Shown here in pieces: positions 52,537 to 64,000 of a stretch of DNA of 64,000 nt; the stretch's first letter is position 1, and each line of letters opens with the position of its first letter. The notes beneath the pieces are model-generated. The model was not told the DNA's origin. It worked only from the letters and a program-made list of their open reading frames with translations, and searched no databases. Made by a program: the position numbers and the translations under genes. The stretch is taken from assembly GCA_000165425.1 (NCBI GenBank), contig CT868017.1, forward strand, positions 62,001 to 126,000. The letters run 5' to 3'. Source of the stretch: Paramecium tetraurelia (taxonomy: Eukaryota).

Positions 52537-54052
52537 ATGGAAATTAAGTATAAATGGATATTTTCTCTGATCCTTAGCACAAATGTCCTTATAAATTTAG
52601 ACCATGGTATCATTCCTGCAGGTAAATGGATAAAAATATGATTTTCCTAGCCACTTAATAGATTGAGGCATCCCTGGATTTGAGTGCTGAGGAATTGGGA
52701 TACTTGGGGTCACTGGTTTATGCAGGTATTTCGATGGTTGGATTATTTGGGGGGAAGCTATTCATACATTTCAATGCTAAGTTGATAGTCTCAATTAGTT
52801 ACTTAGGAATGCTGGGTTCTCTGTTGATGTTTCCTCAACATTACAAGAGCAGTTGGCTGTTTTATTTGAGTAGATTTTTAACAGGCTGTGCATAAGTAAA
52901 AATCGATGATATATTGAATAGGCACCTATGATGATTTATTTCCCAGTATGGGTGGACAACTTTGGAGGAGAATCAAAGACAATTTGGTTAACAATTTTGT
53001 AGGGTGTGATTCCTTTGGGAATATTTGTTGGATACGTGTTGTCAAGTGTGATTTCGAACATATGGACCTGGCAATTAGCCTTTTATGCTTAAGTTGTATT
53101 GTTAATTCCATGTGCAATATGTTTTATTTTGTTTGTGAGAACAAAGGATTTCGAGATAAAAAGAGCTAGAAGGAGCAAAATAGATAAAAAGTCAGTGAAC
53201 CCTGATGATGTAGGTGCTTCGATGCTGAGTGTGAGTTCTCATAAATCATACTGGCAAATGATGGGAGAATTGTACTCTATAAAATTATGGTTGTGTTGTA
53301 CAATAGTGATCAGCATACTATATTTCATAGTAACAGGTATACAATTTTGGATGACTGATTATATGATAATAGAGATGCATCAAAATCAGAAAACAGTTAA
53401 TGTAGTTTTTGCAGTAGTCTCAATTACAGCCCCAGTCTTTGGTTGTATAACAGGAGGATTGATTGCTTAGAAATTGGGAGGTTATGAGAGAACTAAATCA
53501 CTTTACATTTGTGTACTCTACTGTTTTATTTGCTGTTTGAGTGCTGCTCCAGTGCCATTTACAGATACATTTTGGTTCGGAGCCTTATGTGTTTGGTTCC
53601 TATTGTTTTTTGGTGGAGCAATAGTTCCCCCATTGATGGGAATCATGCTCTCTTCAGTTCCTAAACACTTGAAGGCCTTTGCAAATTCAAACACAACAAT
53701 GTTTTAGAATTTATTTGGCTTTTTACCAGCACCTTCTATTTATGGATTTCTCTTGGAAAGATATAATGCAAAAGTGGCCATATTCACCTTGATGTATTAC
53801 TCAGTTTTTGGATTACTGTTTATGTTTATTGCTGTTTATTTCAAGAAATAAGAAATTAAAAATAGAAAAAAAAATCCCACTTCAGTTATCAATAGAACAG
53901 AGTCAGTACTTGAGGATGAAGAGAACTTCAATATCACAGATAGAGTACTTCAATATGGTGATATGCCGTTGAGTGTTTCATTGGCTCAACATATTGACGA
54001 TCAAATACCAAATTATGAATACGAAGGCACTAAAGAATAATAATAAGAATGA
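52537..54052 (+). CDS. MFS transporter (Spinster-like)
   Basis: NVLINLDHGIIPA, LGYLGSLVYAG, SRFLTG, IYFPVWVDNFG, GIQFWMTDY, about 12 hydrophobic segments. Two introns. Confidence 0.88.
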
Positions 54053-54149
54053 GAATTGTCATACATCAAATTTGAATACCGATCTCATATATATTTTATT
54101 GTTGTGTTATATATCTTAATAATAATAATTTTCCAAACTTTTCTGAGGT

Positions 54150-56501
54150 TCACAAAGTGCAGAACAAAAAATTTAAATATTATTCAATTAAGTCAAATAT
54201 TCCTTTAGATCTAGAGATTAAAGAATGAATTAATTGAAGATGAGTAGCTTTAACTTCATCTCTGCACACAAAATTTTTGACTCAAGAAATCCAACTTATT
54301 ATACTAATGTGAAGTTAGTAGCTAGGGATTACCAAAATTACTAAAAAGTCGACGACCATTGTAGAAATTAACTTAATGGCCATAGACTAAGTTCTCTTCC
54401 ATAGACTTGGAGAATATGAAATTGGTATTTTAATTCATTTTAATTTAACTATTCATTAGTAGCTTTACGCTAGTTCTCTTATTACAACGTATTTGTGAGC
54501 TTATCCTAAATTAATTCATAGATGTATATGATTTTTAAGAGAAAGCAGATGTAATATATATATTAGAATCAGCTGGAGACCTCCATATTAATTATCTATA
54601 ATAATAAAAGTCTCTTAGAATTATTTGAATTAATGATTCATTTATATTCATTTGTTTCACTCCAATACCTTGTTCAAATTGTAATAAGCTATCCTTAAAT
54701 TATTCTCTTATCCCAAAATTGCCTAAAACACTTGATCATCCTTTAGTTTTTACTCTTCTCCTTCTTTCTTTCTTGTTTCCAAATAATCAATGGATTACTG
54801 GATATCTTTTTGATATTTCTTTAATAACGGTTTCCATTTTTAGTCAAATATCTTATGTAGATCTATCTTTTTCAAATTCTATTATAATTATAGAACTTTT
54901 TACCAATTGTTAAATTAATAGTGTTGCTGAATCAAACAATAAAACTTTGGCATCAATATTTCCTACTTCTTTCCTAAATATAGCTGAAATCAGTATATCA
55001 TAATTTTTGATTAAAATTTAATTGTCTAATTATGTATAAGCACTTCTAATTTCATTAACTAAATATGATAGCAAAACATAATTTTGAGATTTGTTTATGC
55101 ACTATTCTACTATTCTTGTCCACACTTCAGGGATGAATGAATTTTGAGCTTATTTCCAAGCTGAAATGTAAGGCTTTTCATCAGTCAATCCAGATCCTGC
55201 TTTCTCCATTATTAACAGGAGTATTATATCAAATGGAGTAGTGAAATGGTTGGCTGATTTAAATTTTAGAGAAACATCTCTTAAGTTTAAATACTTAACT
55301 ATTAAGCCTATCAATTTGCTCTAAATGTCACATTTAAAAGCTGTTAGTTTTTTTTATTCGTATAAAACTCCAATTAAGATTTTCAACTTATAATCTACTG
55401 TCAATATTGACTCCAAACTACTGTTTGTCAACAATTCCTTGGTTAAATAACAAATAAATGCAGGATTGTATGTCTATTCATTTGTGTAATGTTAGTATTA
55501 TTGAGGTAATTCTTAATCAAATTAAATGCTGAATCTTATCCAATTTATATAGTTTTCTATAATCTCCAATTTATTATCATGAATCTCATAAATCATTTAA
55601 TTTGCTTGTGTTATAAGAGATTGAATAACCTCTGGATCTAATTGAGAGTCTTTCATTGATTACTCAGCCTCCAGAACTCCTTGTATTAAATCGGATAGAA
55701 ATAACAAAATATAATGTTTGACAACTAACTTAGGATCTTCAGGTTTTCTGCTTAATTAATTATCAAAGTAATCATATTTAGAATCAATGCCATATAATTC
55801 TCGTATAGCTACAGATTAAGTCTTGATTTCTGGAAACTTCTTAATTGAATCGAAAATTCTTTTGAAAAATGAGACAGTCCAATTTTGAAAATTGGCCATA
55901 TACAATTTAGTGAACTTATTGTCTTCATTCAAATCATTTTGAATTTGCTATTATTTATATTTCAAGTATTTCTGCAATCCTTCATTGATTACAATCAGTA
56001 TAACAGGGAAAACAACTGCCAAATGAATTTCCCTTTTCTCTATTTTTGGAAGTATTTACACAAATATTTCTAGAAGAACAAATTTCTTTTCAACTGTTTT
56101 TTGTTATCGTAAGATGCTAATAAATATCAATAGATGTTTTACTCATTCAAAAAGATAATAAGAACTTTATGATTTTCAGAATGATATACACGTTTAATGA
56201 TGTATAATCCTAATAGATTTTCATCGGTATTATCCTTGTGAAATAGGATCTTATCCCAGCTTAGTTGATACAAAAGTTGATAGACTCCTCTATTTGATAG
56301 ATAAAGGGCAAATTTGATGAATAATTCTACGTGAGAATTGAAACACGAATCATCAATTATTTCTATTTATTAATTTACTTAAAGAATTTATTCAGGAGTC
56401 AAAGTGCTTTTCTTTTGTATTTTTGTAGTCAGAGTGGACAACTATTCTACAAATTTCTCTTCTGTGATTTCCTTTTTGTTGAATTACTCAAAAAACTCCA
56501 T
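54150..56501 (-). CDS. Large hypothetical alpha-helical protein
   Basis: MEFFEQFNKKEITEEKF... long open code-6 frame with introns. No motif recognised and the 3' end is approximate. Confidence 0.65.
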
Positions 56502-56527
56502 TAATTTATTATAATTAATCAAATTTA

Positions 56528-57818
56528 TCAAATAGCTGGATTACGATGCAAATATGGCAAAGTATTGGGATCTCGAGGCATTTTTTCATTTTTAATGACT
56601 GAAATGACAGGTCCTGGGATAGATTGCTCTTACAAATTTTTCTTAGCCTCTCTTTCCAATATTTTTCGAATAGAGGAATTAGAGTGAATGTTGGATAGAT
56701 TCTACGGATAAAAGCAAATGCATTACTTTATATTGATTAAGGATCTCATCAGCAACATGTTTTGCTATGCGATCCTCTAATGACGCTTTTTGATCTCCAT
56801 TTGTAGTTGTCTTCTCCCAATCCTATTTGCCTTATTCAATCTACTCTTATCTCTTTCTCAATTAATTTATGGAATCTACTCAATTGAATTTTTACTTTAA
56901 GTTTTCTCTGAATGTACTGATCTAGCCTCGTCATTCTTTCCCAGAGACTGACTAATCTTATCATACATATCTGGTTCTCTTTGTTCTTATTTCTTCTCCC
57001 CTTACTCTAATTTCTCTTTCCAATTCCCTTCCTTCTTTATATCAGAGACTCTTTATTATAATGCTTTCAACATCACATTCACCTTGCATGTAATCAAATA
57101 CAATACTTCTAAGTCATTGATATATGAATCATAATCGAGATTCTCAACAAAATTGAGTAACTCATCCTCCTCCTATTTAATGTGCTCTTCTTCTTCCTTT
57201 GAATATTACGATATAAATAACTTCTTTTGTCATAGCCCAGACTGGTTTGGTTTTGTATCTCTTCTTCTGATCCCCTTACTTTGGATCCAATTTATTATCA
57301 GTTTTCGCTTCTTATAGTTTGATGGCATCTCTGTCTTCTAATTTCTTTAGGTTTTCGGCAGTCAATTACACTCTTGAAATTAAGATAACAGCCTCACGTC
57401 TTGCTTTTGGGACCATCATCTTGCAACTCTTTCTTGATGATATCATTCATTTATTTGTATTCTTCCTTCATCTTCTTTGTGACCTCCCTGTCTTTCTTGG
57501 CTAAATCTCTAACTCTTTGAAATTTTTCATCCTCACGAACTTATTACTCCTCTTTGGCATGTTTCTTGAGTTAGTTTTGCAATTTGAATTCTTCCAACCA
57601 CTTCTTATGTCTTTCTAAAACGGGATTTATGGGAATTGGTAACGCTTTTGCCTCTTCGAATTTTTTTGTTAACCCCCATTAATCTTAAGGTTGAACCCTA
57701 GAACAGAAAGGTCTGAATCGGTTATTTATAAGGAATACTTCTCTTTGACAATCATCACATTTTCATTCGGTCTGTTGCAAAGCATCACTCCCTTGAAGTT
57801 ATTTATCGGAACGTCCAT
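56528..57818 (-). CDS. Hypothetical coiled-coil protein
   Basis: MDVPINNFKGVMLCNRP..., LERHKKWL, KPVWAMTKE, LLNFVENLDYDSYINDLEV, ends NTLPYLHRNPAI-TGA. Confidence 0.75.
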
Positions 57819-57986
57819 TTTATATATAATGTAATTATTAAAACTTAATCAATTTTAACTCCTCTCCAAAGAAATTGAACCTATTCTCTCCTTTAAATTA
57901 GAATTAGTATTAATTCAATTATATAGATCAGAGGGAATCCCATTGAAATAATTATAAGCAAAAATGTTATTCATATGTATATAAAT

Positions 57987-60050
57987 TCATTTAAATACAA
58001 TCTAAAAGGCATTCTATACTATTTCATAAAACTTTTGAGCATCTTAATCAATTGTGTCTAATCTAAATCCAATATTAGCTTAATTTCCAAAAGGATGTTT
58101 GTCAATCATTTGCTTCCTCTTTAGAATAAATTGTAGGATGGCTGCAACTTTGTCATTCAAGTAAATAGGTGCAATAAACACAGGTAATATCGAGGATATG
58201 TCTGTGTTTTCATCAAAGTGATCTTGTCTTGTAATTTGAGTAAAGATTTGGGACTTACCTTTTAAATAGATTTGATAAGCACAACCAGCCTATAATTGAT
58301 AAGTTCTACCTGAAATCCAAAATTGATTATTCTCTATAAATAAGAGTTTAGTTTATGCAATCTAGAATATTTGCATAGCAGATTCTTATAACGCTGAACA
58401 AAAATGTTCCCTATCTTTACATTAAATCAATCGATTAAAACATCTATAAAACAGATCTCTGTAATTCAATTCCTTTACCAAAGCCTCAAAATCCAAGATA
58501 CTTTAAACCACTGACTTACTTAACATATTTATCAATAACCCATAATATTGAGAATCTAAAAATAAATTCTCTTAAATATTTTGTATCTAAATTTATAGAC
58601 ACAGTATACTTCTAATATTCCACATGGTTTTGAGCTATTTCCCATAATTGGAAGCAAGAGAAAGTTCTTTCCAAAAACCTCATTGTTTTCTGTTATGTAG
58701 AGCAATTCCTACTTTTTTGATGGGCTTCGTATACCATAATCTTCAAACACCAATTAGCTAAAAATTCCATCTGTTAGTAAAGCAACATGTTAAACTCCAT
58801 TACAATCATAAGTTTGAGCTCTGCAGGTCATTCCATCTATAATCCATAAATGAACAATCTCAGTTCCAAAGATAGGTCGAAATGCTTTGCTTACATGAAT
58901 TTAAAAATCTTGAATATTCTTGTAACTGATCATAGTTATAAATTCATTCATAATTTAGTTAATTCTTTCGGAGAAATCTCTTGCACTTATAAATTGAGCT
59001 AATTGAATTTAAAATATAAGATACATGCAACCAGATTAATGAGATCCTTTTTTTGTTGTATCGAATCAAGTGTGACAACCTAATTTGTAAAGACTTCTGG
59101 TCCATGTTCTATTAGATCTAATAAGAAATCACAATCATCGTTATCAAGATCATTCAATCGAAATTCTAGATTACTTGGTAATGAATTTGGATTGAAGGCA
59201 TAATTTATTATTTACTAATTTTCTGTTACAATGTCTTTCACACCAACTTTCTTGGTTTTCAAGGAATCTAATTTTTTGGTCAATCTATTATTTTATTAAA
59301 GTAGTTTTGAATTTAAATCTTTGAGTCTTTCATTTTCTTTCTCTTTTTTCACCAAATCTCTTTTGAGTTACTCGTTGTCTCTGATCAATTCCGACAATGT
59401 GTTCCTGAGTTCTTCAGAATGAGACTATTTAGTGTATTTGAATTACATATAGATTTTTCTCCAAGATCATCTCTATTCTCTTCTCTAAGAATTTGATTTT
59501 CTTATACTACTCTTCCACCACTTTTTTCTATTGCAATAAATCCCGACATAGTTTATGTTAATCCTGCTGAGAGAGAGTTAACTGTTTTAGATATCCCTCA
59601 TTGTCCATTTTATAATGATTCTAAATTTGCTTACTTACTAATATACTTATTGGTCTTTTAACTTTTGTATTGTCTATTTCTACATCACACTCTCCATGGT
59701 CACATGGCCGAGTTGTTTGTTCTTTTAATTTAATTCGATCTCAGTTTTGGAGATGCTCTTGAGTGTTTTGGCAATCTCTTGCAAACTATTTAGAATTCTA
59801 GTCTACTCGATTGAAGTGCTGGGCTTCAATGATTCTGCTAACTGCTCGATGTAATAGAGTCTATTCTCAAGAGCCTTGTACATAAGTGAATATAGTTAAC
59901 ATTATCATAACCGGATAGCGATTCCATTTTTCGAGATTGATTGAAAACTGTAGTTGTTCTTTCATCCGGTAATGTTTTAAGTGGTTGATCGGAAAACAGC
60001 CTTGGACTTTGAACCTATTTCATTCGAAAAGCACGATTAGTACTGCTCAT
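57987..60050 (-). CDS. Coiled-coil plus GAF-domain protein
   Basis: N-terminal coiled coil, then GAF-like segments (IFGTEIVHLWIID; FDENTDISSILPVFIAPIYLNDKVAAILQF). An alternative in-frame start lies at 60023. Confidence 0.65.
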
Positions 60051-60060
60051 TTTAATTAAA

Positions 60061-60796
60061 ATGTTTTTATTTTATTTTTTCCATCTCATCTCCTCTCAAA
60101 TCCCTGAAGGTTTTGTTCGCTTGAAAGACATAGACTCCACTATATTGCAGGAAATGCGATATGCACAATATCATAATTTCGTAGGTAGACCCATAAAGGG
60201 GTATTTACTTGAAGAGTGTGTCTTGACGATTGAGGCTGCACAACAATTAGCAAAAAATCAAAAGGAAGCTATTAAACAGGGTTATTTGATAAAGGTTTGG
60301 GATTGCTATCGTCCTTAAAAGGCTGTTGATGATTTCTATTAATGGAGTTTGAATGATAATATTACAATGTAGGAAGAGTTTTATCCAGGCGAACAAAAGG
60401 AACTTCTGTTTGATCACGGGTACATCGCCAAGAAATCTGGACACAGTAGGGGATCGACTGTTGATCTGACTTTAGTTCCGTATCATCCTGATAAACAATA
60501 AGAATATAAACCTGGTGATTAACTAATTCCATGTTTCCAAGATAATAGGTAATGTGAATAATAATCGTATTATTAGGTTTAAAGACAATACCATCGATAT
60601 GGGGACGGGGTTCGATTGCTTTGATGAGAAAGCCCATACTTATTGTGGAGATTTGACAATCGAATAGAGAAATAATAGAGATCAACTATTAACATTGATG
60701 TAGAATTTTTCAAATTATATTGACGAATGGTGGCACTTCACATTAATAAACGAACCATACAAAAATATATATTTTGATTTCGACATTAAAGATTGA
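60061..60796 (+). CDS. ddpX: D-alanyl-D-alanine dipeptidase (VanX/DdpX, peptidase M15D) with putative signal peptide
   Basis: [47 protein letters not shown] (SxHxxGxxxD), [14 protein letters not shown]. One 28-nt GT-AG intron near 60550-60577. Confidence 0.95.
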
Positions 60797-60817
60797 CGAT
60801 TATTTGTTTAAATATTT

Positions 60818-61884
60818 TCAATTTTCTTTCTTATGATCCAATTTATTCTCTCTATTATCGTAAATATTCTTATATCGACCAGAAGAGAAAATGCCCAATC
60901 CCACTTTAACCATAAATATTGTCCAATAAATATGCATTCCAAGCAGCAACACCATTAGACCGATTTAATTGTAATAGGCATGCTTTGTTTGTTCCCTAAG
61001 ATATTTAAAAATCTTACCAATACGGCAAGAATTACGGATGGTTGACCATACAATCATAAATCTTGATTGGGAATACATAAACCCTTGTGTACAACCAAGA
61101 TACCTATATTGATGAGAATCCAAGATACACTAAGATCTTAGTCTTACCAAGATCCGCATATGCTCTACCTAAGGCCAAGAATATGTCACTGATATCGTGG
61201 AGTACCAGAACAACGATCCCAATATTCTCGCAGTTGTACATTGTTGAAAAGTAAAGTAAACTAACAGCAAGAGAGTGGTGTAATAAGTATTCCCAATACT
61301 TCAGTTCTATTTTTGTACCGTAGATCATTAGTAACAACAAGGCATGAACATGACTTGATGCCTAGACCATATAATAAATTGGAACCCAAGAATTCTAATA
61401 AATTCTAACATAATATTTGTACTTCAGGAATGTTAGGAAAATCATATAAAGTCTCCTTAAAATTAGATCCTCCAAATTCTCTGGGGAACCATTTTTCATC
61501 TCGAAAAGCAAAGAATGCAAAGAGAGTTGCACTAGAGTAGTATACTGTGTCATAAATCCATTTCACTATTTTTTGTACTCTAATCTATCGATCAGCTCCT
61601 ATATATTTTGAATCTAGTTATCTTTCCACAAAACCTGTCACAGCCCTCTTATTTATTTCTTTTGTAATCTATTAATAAGTAGCACGAACTAGTACATGTA
61701 TCAAAATCAATCCAACAAAAAGCCATTTAAGATCTCTCCAATCAAATCTTCTGAAGTTCTTCTCTTACAGGAATTGCTGGAACTATATGATATCATAACT
61801 ATAAAGGGAAATAACAACTAAATATGCTAATTGATAAACAAATACTTAAGACGAGAAAGAAAACAAATTTGAAGATGGTTTCAT
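60818..61884 (-). CDS. LAG1: Ceramide synthase (LAG1/TLC family)
   Basis: Lag1p motif KYWEYLLHHSLAVSLLYFST...IGIVVLVLHDISDIFL and multiple TM segments. The start may instead be upstream at 61935 (see findings). Confidence 0.9.
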
Positions 61885-62098
61885 AGTGTGTGAATTTGAC
61901 TAACTTTTTCAAAGTGATCTTTTGTTACCCTTCATTTATTAAATGGTGAGTATACGAGGACCTTTAAAGCATTATTTGTATTTTTATCAATAAATCGAGA
62001 TAAAAAATAATTCTTAAGAATACTCAATTTATTCCATTCAGAATTTCCTGAAATAAAAATATTAAATTAACTCTGATTTAGTTTTGGAATATTTATAT

Positions 62099-63560
62099 AT
62101 GAAATTTATTTTAATATTAGTCTTCACATTCGGCCTGAATGCCTTAATGCTGAGAAGTGTGAATGAAAAATTAACAGAGCATGTAATACAGGTAATTGAA
62201 CCGTATTATTTAAGTAAATACGTGAATAAGTGAAGAATCCATTGAGCCAAAATTACCACTCAGCATATGATAGATTGGCTTATTATGTTGATACCTTTGG
62301 TCCTAGATTATGGGGATCAGAGAATATGGCAGACGCAGTTGACGCACTCTATAAGGATATTCAGACAATGGGATTTGACAGAACTTGGAAAGAAAATCTA
62401 GGAGAGATTACATCATGGAGGAGAGGAGAAGAAAGTGTTACATTGTTTGATCCGAGAGAAATACCTCAGAAATTGAATATGATTGGATTGGGATGGACTC
62501 CTGCTGGAAGTGTAAAGGCTGAAGTGGAAGTGGTTCATTCATTTGAGGAATTGAAATCGAAGGATGTGAAAGGAAAGATTGTATGTTACAATTTTGAATG
62601 GAATGGATATGATTCTGGTGTGGCATTCAGATATGCAGGACCTGTAGAGGCAGAAAAGGCAGGAGCTATTGGTACAATGATCAGAAGTGTGGCAAGTGTA
62701 TCAATTGCATCACCACATACAGTATATATTTTGTTAGAATTTCAAGGGAATGACGGATTATGACAATATCAAATATCCAGCAGTTGCAATTACTGTTGAG
62801 GATGCAGATATGCTAGACAGGATGAGATAAAGAGGCTAAACGGTAGTAGTGGAGATCAAAACAGAAGGATAGTAATATAAAACAACAAGCGATAATGTCA
62901 TTGCAGAAATCAAAGGATCTAAATATCCAGACGAGATCTTGTTAATGGGTGGTCATTGGGATTCATGGGATGTTGGATCATAAACAGGAGCCAATGATGA
63001 TGGTGGTGGTGTTATTGTCTGTTTAGAGACATTAAGAGTCTTAAATTCATTGGGAATTAGACCAAAGAGAACATTAAGGTTCATTGCTTGGAGTGGTGAA
63101 GAGATGGGCTAGTACAACAATGGAGCAGTTCATTATGCTCGTAATCATGGCAAAGAAAATCATATAATTGCTTTCGAATCTGATTTAGGATCAACCAAAC
63201 CATATGGATTTGGTATAACAGCTGGATAGCAATTTACGTAATTTTTATGCTTACAAAATTCTTAGATAATTGGTAACATATTTGGCTTAAGAATATTTAA
63301 CTGGTATTGGAGCAGAACGCATCTTTCCAAATGATGGAGAAGCTGTAGATAGTGGAATTTTAGCTGAATTCACTGGAACTCCTATGTTGAATAATCGAAT
63401 TGCTGACAACAAAAATCATGATTACTATTTCACTTATCATCACACTGCCGGTGATTCTATGTGGATGATGAATCCAGAAGATATGGATGATAATGTAGTT
63501 GCTATTGCCAGTATCATGTATTTGATTGCTGATTATGATGGACCCATTCCAAAAGATTGA
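62099..63560 (+). CDS. CPQ: Carboxypeptidase Q / plasma glutamate carboxypeptidase (M28 + PA domain), secreted or lysosomal
   Basis: Signal peptide MKFILILVFTFGLNA. YDRLAYYVDTFGPRLWGS, GGHWDSWDVG, GANDDGGG, AWSGEEMG, AFESD, YFTYHHTAGD. Three introns. Confidence 0.93.
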
Positions 63561-64000
63561 GTAAATTAAATGTTGTTAAATTAAATGAATATTATATTCC
63601 TCATAGTTTTCTTTTATATATCAATTTTAATTATATGGACACTTTTTTAATGTTTGTTTTAAGATTTGTTAATATTTAGAAGGGTAGCTCTCTATTTTTA
63701 TATCTATTAATAAAACACTATCCATCTAATATTTTTTATTAAATCTTAAATTTATTAAGATATCATTACTAGGAGTGTATTTTATAAGAATATAGATTTA
63801 AAGTTATATCAAATGATTATTAACTGCTGTGTACCTTAATAAAACGTTAAGAATTCTCGAATAAATAACAGTTCAGTGAAAACTATTTCAGTGTTTTATA
63901 ATTTTAATTTCCTTTAGATTTAATATTCATATAATATATATAAAAGAATTATGAAATTATATGACCTTTTCATAATTTTTAACCCAACTAAATTGATTCA

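Noticed and set aside
60061..60796. VanX as bacterial contamination or part of a vancomycin-resistance cluster
   Set aside because: It has in-frame TAA/TAG Gln codons, a spliceosomal intron and host-like composition, sits tightly between ciliate genes, and has no vanH/vanA/vanR neighbours.
606..62763. The supplied standard-code ORFs as gene models
   Set aside because: TAA/TAG encode Gln here, so real genes are cut into fragments. Many listed ORFs (for example 606-851, 2833-3177, 18362-18748, 43747-44184, 60362-60685) are antisense or off-frame shadows of real genes.
1..64000. Telomeric repeats, transposons or retained IESs
   Set aside because: No C4A2/C3A3 arrays, terminal inverted repeats or transposase motifs were seen. 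IESs cannot be called without a germline-versus-somatic comparison.

Overview
This window is AT-rich, gene-dense eukaryotic DNA from a ciliate macronuclear chromosome, most likely Paramecium. TAA/TAG read as Gln, TGA is the only stop, introns are tiny (about 22-32 nt, GT..AG) and many intergenic spacers are only 10-40 nt. The supplied ORF track uses the standard code, so it fragments or misreads most genes. All gene models below were re-translated by eye with code 6 and inferred introns, so exon boundaries are approximate. About 37 protein genes and 2 tRNAs (Leu-TAA, Gly-GCC) are visible. Recognisable products include an EF-hand protein, a CDGSH/CISD3-type mitochondrial protein, MetAP1, a mitochondrial carrier, eEFSec, OSCA/TMEM63, AK7, Cdc25, a polycystin-like channel, XMAP215, kinesin-2, an HMG-box protein, a TLDc protein, a DUF726 hydrolase, SCOT, LYRM7, an OTU deubiquitinase, an LRR protein, an MFS transporter, a GAF protein, ceramide synthase and carboxypeptidase Q. 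The most striking element is an intron-containing, probably secreted, bacterial-type D-Ala-D-Ala dipeptidase (VanX/DdpX, M15D). It lies head-to-head with a GAF gene across a perfect 16-bp palindrome and 1.3 kb from a lysosomal-type dipeptidase, suggesting a horizontally acquired enzyme for digesting bacterial cell wall. No transposons, telomeric repeats or CRISPR arrays were seen.
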